Source: Octopus sinensis (lineage: Eukaryota). Taken from it: DNA of 64,000 nucleotides. The stretch is taken from NCBI RefSeq assembly GCF_006345805.1, contig NC_043001.1, forward strand, positions 72,230,001 to 72,294,000, in the 5' to 3' direction. The position numbers and the translations under genes are program-made. Shown here piece by piece: positions 10,304 to 21,639 of the stretch. Below the pieces are notes generated by a model that did not search any database, was not told the DNA's origin, and saw nothing but the letters and a program-made list of their open reading frames with translations. Positions within the stretch are counted from its first letter, which is position 1. The number at the start of each line of letters is the position of its first letter.

Positions 10304-13300
10304 GTAAGCAGTCTTAATATCTATTAAATGTACATTTTTAATGTTTATTTTTTGTCTCATAATTTTTCTGTATTCCATTTGCAGTTTTAATTATAATTTT
10401 TCTCTTATTCAAACATTTCCTTTACAGCATTCTAGACTTCTTTTAATATATAATTCTACTTAATAATTAACTTCTCCTCCTCGCTATGTATTTAACCGTT
10501 CTTTATGTCATATATTTATATTTGTATATATATATATTTAATTTACTAACTTAATCATATTGAAACAAACTATGAAAGTCTTATTTAAGACACAAGGTTA
10601 AGTTAGACATACAAGTTAACATCTACCATAACTATCAATGACCTTCCTCTTATATTCAACTTTATTAAATGACATAAAAAAAATAAATAAGAGTAACGTT
10701 CTGGTTTCAAATCACGCCGATGTCGTCTTTCACCTTATTTCAATAACACAACTAACTCTCAAAAGATTGGAGGTTGAATCAGTTACCTCTATTTTTAACC
10801 CTCCAAATCAACCTTTTAATAATAATAAATGACAAGTATTACTGTTCATCAAATTCACTTAAGCTACATATTAATGTTATTAACATGTATATGAAAATAG
10901 ATAACTATATATTTAATCGGCAGTTTGATGAGTGGCATGCACATACACATATGTACTCAGACACATACAACACACGTTGTGTTTAATTAGGACTGTGGTT
11001 GTCCTTTAATTCCCAGGCCTATCTTAATCGTGCAGGTGTATAATCCGAGGTATTCTAACCGTGGCCATATAATCTATATAGAACTACATTCTCTCGTGTG
11101 TCCTTCCCACTTTTTTTAAGGCGGTAGTGGTTATTTCTAGTAGGTTAAATAACTATGTCGAAGCTTCGTTTTTGCTCGTTAACTGAATAGTTATTTATGT
11201 CTGTTACTTTATCAGACTTTTCAATAACGTTGTATCTTCTGATGGACTGAATTTTTTTATACAAAGGGAAACATCAGAATTTTGGAATAAATACGAAGGA
11301 AGTCTTTCCGATAGGTTGATTATATGCTTGGTTAAAAGTACATTAAGACAGAATAGAGGTTGAAGGTTTCACGTCCTTGGAAATAAGGAGACCTGTTAAA
11401 GACTCGAGCTCTTTGGTTAAATCTTAGCGTGCATCGGTTGTAGATCAGTAAAAAACATAACGGTGGTGTATACCATCACAAGAATCACAATAAACATTGA
11501 TAACAAAAAAATGTTCATGTGTTCAGTACATGCTGAAATACCCTACCGCGCAACACGTAACCTTGTTATCAGACACTTCGAATAGTACGAAAGTAAAAAC
11601 CGAAGATCCATCGAATACGACCCCTTTTACAGAAATCTGGCGACTAGGGTATATATTCTTATAGACAAAAGGAACACCGAAAAGGTTAAACATTCTTGTA
11701 CTGTTAGTTTTTGCTGCCTTTCTATTTTACTTTGGGTACGTTTTCTTTTCCGCCAAAGTAATTCCGCTTTTTAACAGTTTCATTCAGCTCAATACCCACC
11801 TTATTATAGCTAGCTATAAGTTTAGAGGAGATAAGGAATTTACAAAGTAGCTAAGAAATGAATCAAGTATCGCTGGTTTCAATGGTGTACACTTCAGTAT
11901 TCAAAAAGTTATAGTTGCACAACAGTCGTGGTTATTTATTACAAGCTCTCACACAGGGAAAAATTTGTATTGAGGATCTTGTCCAAGGACAGTATTCAAG
12001 AGCTACAGATAAGGCTCAACGAAGAATTACAGATTTATGTATAACATTTGGAAAGTTATAGTTAGAATATTTGCAAATTCTTTGTGTTCTCTTTGTGGTG
12101 CACAGGTGCTGACCCATCCCTGATGTTGTCTGGGTTGTAAATAATGTAATTTGTAAATATAAAAAGAAAAAGATGCCTTAAGTGACTCGAGCGACTGACC
12201 ACAGAAAATACGTATGTGGCTCTTATGTAAGTCGGATGTAAAGAGAAAGAAACGAGAAGCAGAGAAAGTTAAAAAACGAAATTGTTAGTTATCAAGCGAA
12301 AAACGAACTTTAAAACCTTATTACAAGCGAGAAATATCTCGCGCATATTTACTAATATTTGTAATTTGGAGCTAAGATCATCCCGTTTTTACTTCTGGTT
12401 ATTTTTTTAGGACACTGTCTTCAAATTTATCACAGTGAAACTTGGATATGTAAAAATATTCCCTTCAAGTATTCTTTTAATCAGAACATTGAAAATGTTA
12501 AATTGGCAGTCAGGACATCAGACAGTATTTAGTACATCTTTTTGCCTTCTCAGTTCAAATCTTATGGAGGTCAGTTTTGTCTTTCATCCTTCTGGAACTG
12601 ATAAAATAAAATACCCATCAAATAATGGTTTCAAATTTTGGCACAGAGCCAGCAGTTTTTGAGGGGAGAGGGAAGTCGATTACATTGACACCTATACTTG
12701 ACTGGTACTTCTCTTAACCCTGAAAGGATAAAAGGCAAAGTTACCCTCAGCAGAATTTGAACTCAGAATGTAAGGACAAATGGAATGCCACTAAGCATTT
12801 TGCCTTAAATACCCATCCATAGAAAATCTGCATCAATAAACTCCAACCTATGCAAGCATAGAAAAGTGGACATAAAAACGATGATATAATGTGTCATCTG
12901 CTTTGAAACCATCATGTGCCCCTTGGGAACCTTTAACAGAATCCACTTTACTGCAAGTATTTGGATCAGGTCACTAGTCTAAGGATAGTCTGCTCTTGCC
13001 TTTCATGGAGACCTTGAAAAGACCAGTGGCACTGCTGTGTCTTCCTCAGGCTAAGCTAATAGAATATCTGGGGCTAATTTGGAACTAAACATCTACATTC
13101 CACCATTTGTTGAATTTAGTTTGAAGCATGTTTAGTTGATAAGTGCTAAGATGTGATTTAAGGGATATTCGGTTGCTATATCTAGCAGGTCGAGTGGTCA
13201 CATAGAAGCTCCTTTGTTAGCTCACCATGTGTTCAGTTGGTCATCATAGCAGTCCAAATGTAGCCAAATTAATCACAGTATAATTGTAAATCCCTGTAGA

Positions 13301-14803
13301 TGTTGACATGTTTTATGAAACTGGTAAAAGATAGTGAAGCCTTAATACTGTTGACAGTGACTTTATATTGTTGCTGTATATCTGCTATACACAATATTCC
13401 TGAGCACCAATTTTTATTATACACATTTAAATAATCCTTTCTACTAAAGGTACAAGGCCTGAAATTGTGAGGGAGTGGACAAGTCATTTACTTTGGCTCC
13501 AGTGTTTCACTGGTACTTAATTTATCAACCCCTGCCACTAAGCATTTTGCCCAGTATACTAATGATTCTGCCAGCTTGCTGCCTTATACACATTTTAATA
13601 ATGCACCACCACAGCCCCTGGCACCAAATTTCATGTCTCTAATGCAGAATTTAGCATAACAGTATCAGAAATATACAAGTCCTCAATGATGGAGTCTCTC
13701 TAAGGTTACACAACCTGCTAGAAATAACAACCTAATCTCTCTCTAACTACACACTACCATATGATAAATTAGATAATGCAGTCTTAGATATATGGGCTGA
13801 ATAAAAGGTAAGATGTTCTCATTTGGAAATCTTGATCATAAGTAAGTGGATTTAATATTAAAACAACATAAATCTTTATATATTGTCTCTCCTCCTAATT
13901 GAACTATCAATTATATGCTAAACTAATATTAATTATTAACCCCATGACATTGGTTGACAAATTTATGTGCACTGTGTACTTTAAATCAGAAGGCATAAAT
14001 ATCCACTGCCCTGGTTTTTGTACCAGTTAACATAATTATCAACTATCGTTCACAGAGTTGATAACAGAGGCTACCATGCACATTTGAAGGAATTTGATAG
14101 GTTTGTTAGAGTCTTCATGTAAATATTTCCAATTAGTTTGGGTATTTGCTGACTTACCAATTATATTTTAATGCAGCCATATTTGTTAAGTTGTATAGAA
14201 TGCAACATAATCCAGAAGAAAACTATGAGATCACGTTGGATCTGTTCAGATAAAATTGGAGGAAAATTGTTTGAGAAAAAAAGTGTTTCTCCTTCACTCC
14301 ATATTTGGTTGGTCTTGGTAAAAGTTAATTAGATGACTGTTTTGAAATGTAACTGAAATGTATATGTTGGGCATCATGAAACTAAGCTTGTATCAAAGAC
14401 AAAATCTAGGTTTTCACTAACTTATTTTATAAATTATCTTGATTTCTACATATTTTTGAGCAAGTTATACCCCACATGATTTCACATTTTTGTTTTGCTA
14501 GCATTTAAACTGGATATATCCAGCCAAAATGTTTCACCTGATTTATGTTCATACTGGTCAGATCTGACATCTCATACCTTCCCTACAATGTCATTCTAAA
14601 AGTAATCACATCAAAACCTTGAAGTTATAAGATAATTTATGATGAATTCAAAACAATGTGGATAAATAAGCATTACATTTGACATCTTAACCTGAATGAT
14701 AAAGGGTTAAATTAAAGTTCAATGAATTTTATACTTTGTTGGATTCTTTTTGTTCACCATTTATGAACGTTTATAATAATGATTCCTTTTAACAGCTGCC
14801 AAG

Positions 14804-14970
14804 ATGTTTCCCAGAATCCTCAGTGGTGTCAACAGTGTCTCTCGAGTGATCAGCAATGCTGCACAGCGTAACATTGGGCTTTCTGCTCCAGCTTTGCAGA
14901 CTGCAGCAGCACTTGACCCCATCCAACAGTTATTTGTTACCAAAGTCAGGGAATATGCCAACAAAAGCAA
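14804..14970 (+). CDS. ATP5PF: ATP synthase coupling factor 6, mitochondrial; coding exon 1
   Basis: Acceptor ttttaacag at 14795. Encodes MFPRILSGVNSVSRVISNAAQRNIGLSAPALQTAAALDPIQQLFVTKVREYANKS: a presequence-like N-terminus plus the F6 hallmark DPIQQLF..K.REY. Phase-2 donor AA|GTAAGT. Confidence 0.96.
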
Positions 14971-16319
14971 GTAAGTTAAGTTAATCTGAAGAGTTGTTTC
15001 CTCTACCAAAGAACAACATTGTACACCTTAATCTTCATTACCATTATCATTGTTTTATGGCTACTTTCTATGGTTGTATGGGTAGGTTTTCACAATTCAG
15101 GTCAGTTCTTACTCGGAGCAACTGCCCTCTTAGGCATAATCAGAAGACCACACCTCACTTATGTGTTTCATTTCAGCATGATTTCTACTACCACTGTACA
15201 GTGTTCTGGGTGCATTTTTTGTGACCCAACAGAGTGGTTGTTATGTCCTTTACAGGATAAGATAATAGCGGTGGTTCTCAACCAAGGTCCCCATGACCCC
15301 TGGAGGGCTACAATAGTATTTTAGAGGTTAATCAATAAAGGTGATAGAAGAGGATTTTTGAGAAAGATGAACTAAGGTTAGAGGGAAGAGGAAAATAGAG
15401 TATACAGGTGGATGATGGTGTGGAAGGGTAGGGATAAATGAGAGACAATGCTGAAAAGTAATGGGGGAGAGATATTAAAGGCAGGGTGTAATAAGAATGA
15501 CACTAATAGTACACACTGTAAAATTCATTGTCTCTAACAGCGTGATAGCACAGTCAAACTGTCCAACCCATGCCAACATGGACAACAGGCGTTAAATGAT
15601 GATGATGATACACATACAAACTCACATGCCTAAGTGTTTTCCAACAGATGTCAACCATTACAATGCAGGGTTTGAGAGTGCTCTTTAGTCTTCCTCATGG
15701 TACACCCACCTCTGCAATGTTATAGTATTTATTTCATTGACTTTTTCGCAATAAAAAGTATGGCTGTGTGGTTATGAAGTTGGTTTCCCAACTAGATGGT
15801 CTCAGGTTCGGTCCCACTGCATGGTACCTTGGGCAAGTGTCTTCTAACCAAAGCTATGTGAGTAAATTTTGGAGACGGAAACTGAAAGAAACCCATCATA
15901 TGTGTGTGTGTGTATATATATATATGAAAAATCCCTACATATTTTTTCTCTCTCTTTTTCCTCTCAATCCTTTTTGTCAAAAAGCATAGGCTCAAAACGC
16001 CAAAGACTTTTCCATTCTTAAACTAATACACTTACTTGTTGTTCCTTCATTTATCTTCATCTTTTGTTTTTTGTAAATTTGAACTCTGTGTGTGTGTGCA
16101 TTTGTGTGTACCCTTGTTTTGACATCATGTGATAATGGTAAACAATATCACTGTGATACAAGTGATGTTCTTCACCTTCAATCTTTCATGGAAAATATAA
16201 CTGGCCATTGAAACAAGTAATGGTTAGCAGCAGGAAGGACATCTAGATGTTGAAAATCTGCTTCAACAAAATTCCGTTTGACTTACACAAACATGGAAAA
16301 GTCAACATTAAATGATTTT

Positions 16320-16373
16320 AACAAAAACTGTCCGACGAACGGGAACGTGAAACTCCGAGTAACAGGTTTTGTT
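16320..16373 (+). ncRNA. Minimal type I hammerhead-ribozyme-like motif with variant core (U4C)
   Basis: aacaaaaaCTGT-CCGACGA-acg(ggaa)cgt-GAAA-ctc(c)gag-TA-ACAGgttttgtt. Stems I, II and III all pair, the C3-G8 pair is kept and the cleavage triplet is GUA. Confidence 0.65.
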
Positions 16374-16630
16374 GAATTTCTGCTGCTTTTAAATAAAGTA
16401 TATATATATATATATATATATCATCATCATCATTTAGCATCCGCTTTCCATGCTAGCATGGGTTGGACGGTTCAACTGGGGTCTGGGAAGTCAGAAGGAT
16501 GCATCAGGCCCAGTCTGATCTGGCAGTGTTTCTAAGGCTGGATGCCCTTCCTAACACCAACCACTCCGTGAGTGTAGTGGGTGCTTTTTACATGCCACTG
16601 GCATGGGGTCCAGGCGAGCAGCAGAAATTT

Positions 16631-16683
16631 AACAAAAGCTGTTACTTGGAGTTTCACATTCCCATTTGTCGGACAGTTTTGTT
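16631..16683 (-). ncRNA. Decayed inverted copy of the hammerhead-like motif
   Basis: Minus strand aacaaaaCTGT-CCGACAA-atg(ggaa)tgt-GAAA-ctc(c)aag-TA-ACAGcttttgtt. The core and stem differences are CG>CA/TG. Confidence 0.55.
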
Positions 16684-17879
16684 AAAATAGAACCGAGATG
16701 ACAATTCTATAAAGACTAGTATAAACAATACACCTTTAAAAATGGATTTGTTTGATTGGTCCTTTCAAATAAGTCATATGTGAGCAATAAACAAAACAAA
16801 TGAATGAGTTCAATATAAAATTATAAAAATCGAGGAAAAAACCTTAAATCGAAGATTTGATTCAAATACATATTGTTATTAATACTGTAGAAAATATAAT
16901 TCAATTAATACAATTAATACATAAAAATTGAAATTAAAATATATTAAAATATTTCACAACAGTACATACTCATACTAAACCATCAATATACATGTATACA
17001 TCAAATACACAAATAGATGTGCGCAGACCACATACATATACAGACATATAAATGCAAAACGAAAATATACACACAAATACATGTACACATTTGTATACGC
17101 AATCTTGCTTGCATGCAAAAATCACTTGGTGTATACATATAGACTATAAGTAAAACCCAGGGAAGGGGAAGAAACGAAAAGGTAACGATCTTGTAAGCAA
17201 CAGAAAGCTAAAGACGTGACTAAGAGAGAGGGAGGGCGGCGTAAAGTTACAGGACTCTATACAAGTAACGAATAGGGAGAGAGAAAAAAAATAACGAAAG
17301 AAAGAAAAAACTCTGACTATACGTAACGAATATTCATAAGATAAAATTACATATACATGTGTATATAAAGTATGTAAGCAGTATGTAATACACATATAAG
17401 AACGCATATGACAAGTATGTAAACACACATCCACACAAGTCCAAGTGAATACATGGATACACATACATTCATGTATGTATGTGCATAAGTACAAACATAC
17501 ACACTCACTTACACATATACATAGATGCATGCTTACAAATACATATGCATGCCAATACAAATATTCACATATTCTAGGATCTGACGTATATACAAACAAC
17601 ATTATTTTTTAAAAAATTGCTGAGTGCATAATAATAAAAATTTTAGATAAAAGACATGCAAAATATAACACCCCATATTGGATTATCTATAAATTAAATT
17701 ACCAAAGTGAGTTTATACAATACAATAAAATGAAATAAACTAAGTCGAAGGTTTTTTCTTAAGAAATATATCGAAATATATACAAAACTTTGCGATGCGG
17801 AATAAAACCTGCATAATGTGAAACAAATCCAACAGTGTGATCAAAAACTAGTCCAAGAATCAAAAAACAAAATATACGC

Positions 17880-18185
17880 TATCCATATGGGATATTGATA
17901 TTCGACATTTTGAATTTGGTTGCATGCATGCATGAGTTCAAAAGTTCGCTTCTTTGATTCAAAGAATTAATGTCTTGGAATAACATGAAATATTTTTCTA
18001 ATAAACAAAGATCGCATTTGAAATTCCTCCTATGCGCCCCATGCCTGTATGGTGCCACTCTATCTAGAATGCTCCATGACATGTTGAAAGGTCGGATTTC
18101 TTTCTCTTTTAGTTCCCAGGCATATTTCGCCAGGTTGGTCTTCGTCTTATTTTCTGGGTATCGAAAGGAATTTTTGTGCGAATAA
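17880..18185 (-). mobile_element. Penelope-like element (PLE), GIY-YIG endonuclease C-terminal fragment
   Basis: Frame SHKNSFRYPENKTKTNLAKYAWELKEKEIRPFNMSWSILDRVAPYRHG..CDLCLLEKY..NQRSELLNSCMH matches the PLE-type C-terminus (WSIL..A.PY...C.LCL.EK...N.RSEL...C.H). Confidence 0.85.
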
Positions 18186-18221
18186 AATTGGGTTTTAAAA
18201 GAATTTTCAAAAGCCTCTGTA

Positions 18222-18780
18222 TCTCTCTATATATAAAACTGAGAATGTGTGTCTGTCTGTCTGTGTGTTTCCCTAAAACTCGAGAACTACACAACCAATT
18301 TCATTCAAATTTTACACATGCCTTACTTTGGGTCCATGTAGTTTCGTGGGCAAAAAAATGTTCAACTTCTTGCCTAGGGCGAGCCCATAGCAATATCATA
18401 TCTTCTCCACTATTTCAGTATTACGTGTTAAAAGTGAAACAAAAACATTTCTCTATTTTATGTCAGATACTTTCACTTTAACAATTGAATTATATGTAGT
18501 AAGTAATAATTAAAATCAAACTAAAGTATAATATAATCGTAACATAACAAAAGTAAAAATAGCAATTGGTATAAAATTGCATCAATGACTTGAACTTGAA
18601 TAAGTGGTTTCACATGAATGGAAATAAATTAAAAATAAAATTAGCGTGCAGAAATGGAATAGTCCAGATGGAGCTGTGCACATACCGTTTACCACGGCTT
18701 TTACATTAGATTATCTGCTAATTAGCTAGCATTAAGTATCTATATGAAGTTTGGCTGTATGTAATGTCTGTTTTCTCGAA
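18222..18780 (+). mobile_element. Non-autonomous Helitron 5' part (3' end uncertain; candidate CTAG at 19748-19751)
   Basis: A^TCTCTCTATATATAAAACTGAGAATGTGTGTCTGTCTG resembles the 5' end of the 658-1295 element and sits immediately beyond the point where the PLE fragment is cut. Confidence 0.6.
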
Positions 18781-19084
18781 CAGCCACTTCTACTGAGTAC
18801 TGCTGTTGGTTTATTTCTTATACATAAAGGACTATAGTTTCAACTGTGTACTGCTTTTTGATTCACCGTAGAGTTTGTTATTATTACTGTTTAACTATTG
18901 TTATCACGTTTGTTGGTTCCTCGTAAGGGAAACGTTGTTGTGTTGCATTTGTTAAATAATTGTAAACTGTAACCCTCCCCCTTTGGGAGAAGGAGCTTTG
19001 GTTATTGTTTAAAAATTGAATTGTGTCCCTGTTTGGGGAAATTGACAATATTTTCACCGTTTACACTGAAGCATTTTTGTTAGA

Positions 19085-19630
19085 ATGCCTTCAATAGAAG
19101 AAACTTCAAAAATGAATTTCGCTGCAGCCGTCGGCGGGTGCGAACTCATTAAAATTAAAATGGAAGAAATACAAACCTATTTCGGATTGATCACCGACAA
19201 AGACGGTGAATCTAGGATAACACCACCAAACAAAATAAAAAATTAAATTAAAGGAAAGACTATTGTCTATAAAGTATACAATGTAGAGAAAAAATAAGAT
19301 TTGAACACCTGGAGGAAAGCACCATCGAAAAATGTCTTGGTGCGTCTATGAAAGATATCTAACCAGAGGCGGTAAATTCACCACAATAGAAGCAAGGTTC
19401 GAGTCAACGGAGCGTGCAAGTGAGTACTTGACTTGAACCTTGCAGAGTGGAAATATTTTATTTTTACCTTTATATCTGGGACGTAGGACGTCCCGGATAA
19501 AAATTTAAAATGTCCCCCCAGAAGTAGAGGTAGGCTGGATTGTAGCCACACTTCTATACAAGAGGGAGGACAAGATACAATTGATCGAAATTGCAAGAGA
19601 CAGGCCTACAATTCCAGTCTGTTATATATT
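19085..19630 (+). pseudogene. Frameshifted ORF1(gag)-like remnant of a non-LTR retrotransposon
   Basis: Broken frames give MPSIEETSKMNFAAAVGG... and TRGGKFTTIEARFESTERASEY...LPLYLGRRTSRIKI*NVPPEVEVGWIVATLL. This resembles an RRM-like LINE ORF1, judged by recall only. Confidence 0.4.
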
Positions 19631-21639
19631 TTGAGTATTGTTATCACTAGCGATATCAAGATATAACTTTGTATTTTATGTGTAGTTGTATATATATAGA
19701 TGTACATGTAATATGTACACATATATACATGCACTAGCACTATAATGCTAGTAAGTCCTATATTCAGGTGAGCCTTCTATTTGCACTTTGGCTCTATATA
19801 TGACTCCTTTTTCCAAACATTTATATATATATATATACATATACAAACACAACACTTATACATACATACACCCTATGATGTTCTGTAAGTTGAGTTCATG
19901 TTCTAATAGACATATTCATGGCGCAATTGCTGTAAACTTTAAAGGGAAGACAACTGGTCGCACACATGTATGTATGTTTGTGTGTGTGTGTTTTCATAGA
20001 TTGAAAACTAAAGCATGGCCCATAACTTTGCTTACTTCAGTGATATTGTAGCAGCCCCAGTAGAAGTTCAGTGCTGCAATTCATGTTGCAGTCATACATC
20101 TCTTTTTCCCAGCGTTGTTCCTCCATCGACCTAGTAGATTTAGACAAGTAAGATTAACTGTTCAGTGGAGGTGTTGTAGGACTTCTGTGGAATGCCATTG
20201 CAATCTGGACATAATGTTTGACTATTTCTGCAACTCAAATTATATCCTCAGTTGCTATCTCTTGTTTTTTTTCTATTATTGAAACTTGCATGAATTTTCC
20301 ATTGGATTTTGGGTAACAGAGTAGGCTTTAATTTTTCATTTCATTGACATTTTTGTGATAATTTGTGGTATGAATGTATGACTTAAGTATTTTTGTCTGA
20401 GGATGTAGTGACAACAAAACGTCCCTACTCTTTCTGCTTTGTTGAGCAATTAGTGGAAAAAGCATTCAACTGTAAATAAAATGGCTCTAAGTGCTATGCA
20501 AATGTCAAAATTTGTGTTTCTCAACCATATTAGTATACAGAATTAGACATTTAAGTGTTGTGAGTGCATTTTTTTGTGACCCAACACTAGAGTGGTCATT
20601 ATGTCCTTTACAGGATAAGATTATAGCAATGATTTTTCAACCAAGATCCATATGACCCCTGGAGGTCTATAATAGTATTTTAGAAGTTAATCAATTGTTT
20701 AATGTCCATTTTCCATACTGGCATGGCCTGAGACTGCCCTCCCCCTCTCTCTCTCTCCAGAGTCTATGATATACATTTTCTGTTGTAAAATTATCTAAAT
20801 TAAACCCTTCCATTAAAATTTCATGCTAATTTATGTTCCAAACATCTATTTAACAATTACAGAGTTATTTCACTAAATTATTAATTATTTTCAAAGTTAT
20901 TTGAAACAAAAGCAGTGTATTTTAACAGATATATAGTAACAAAAGGGTTGAATAGAATTCTATATAAACATACAATATTTATAACAGCTACAGGGTACTG
21001 CAAAACTAATTAATCTAGAATATTTCTAAATATTTTGTGAATTGAGATCTAAAATTGGTTTTTGTTTTTGTAGAGTCATTTAAGTCATCAATATTCTCAT
21101 CATCATCATTTAATGTCCGCTTTCCATGCTAGCATGAATTAGATGATTTGACTGGAACTGGCAAGCCAGAGAGTTGCACCAGGGTCCAGTCTGACTTTGG
21201 CTTGGTTTGTACAGCTAGATGCCCTTCCTAATGCCAACTGCTCTGAGAGTGTAGTGGGTGCCTTTTGTGTGTCACTGGCACCAGCCACAACTACGATTTC
21301 ACTTAATTTGATGAGTCTTCTCAAGCACAGCAAATTGCCAAAAATCATGGTCACTTGTTATTGCCTCTGTGAGACCCCATATTCAAAGATTATGCTTCAT
21401 AACCTCATCCCATGTCTTCCTGGGTCTACCTCATTCACAGGTTCCCTCCATTGTTAGAGATAGACAGATAGACACTTCTTTAAGCAACTGTCCTCATAAA
21501 CATGAAATATTTAATCCAAATCTAACTTGACTGTGAGGATTGTATAGTGTTTGTAAAAAGAAGATGCAGTCTTAATAATTATTTTAAATGAATATAGTAT
21601 TAAAATGTTTGAGCTAAATTCTTAGTATATGAACTGCAA

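Noticed and set aside
11200-12060. Possible Mutator/MULE transposase remnant (GVHFSIQKVI...LLQALTQGKICIEDLVQGQ...QRRITDLC)
   Set aside because: The resemblance is only faint and by eye, with no catalytic motifs or TIRs. It needs an HMM search.
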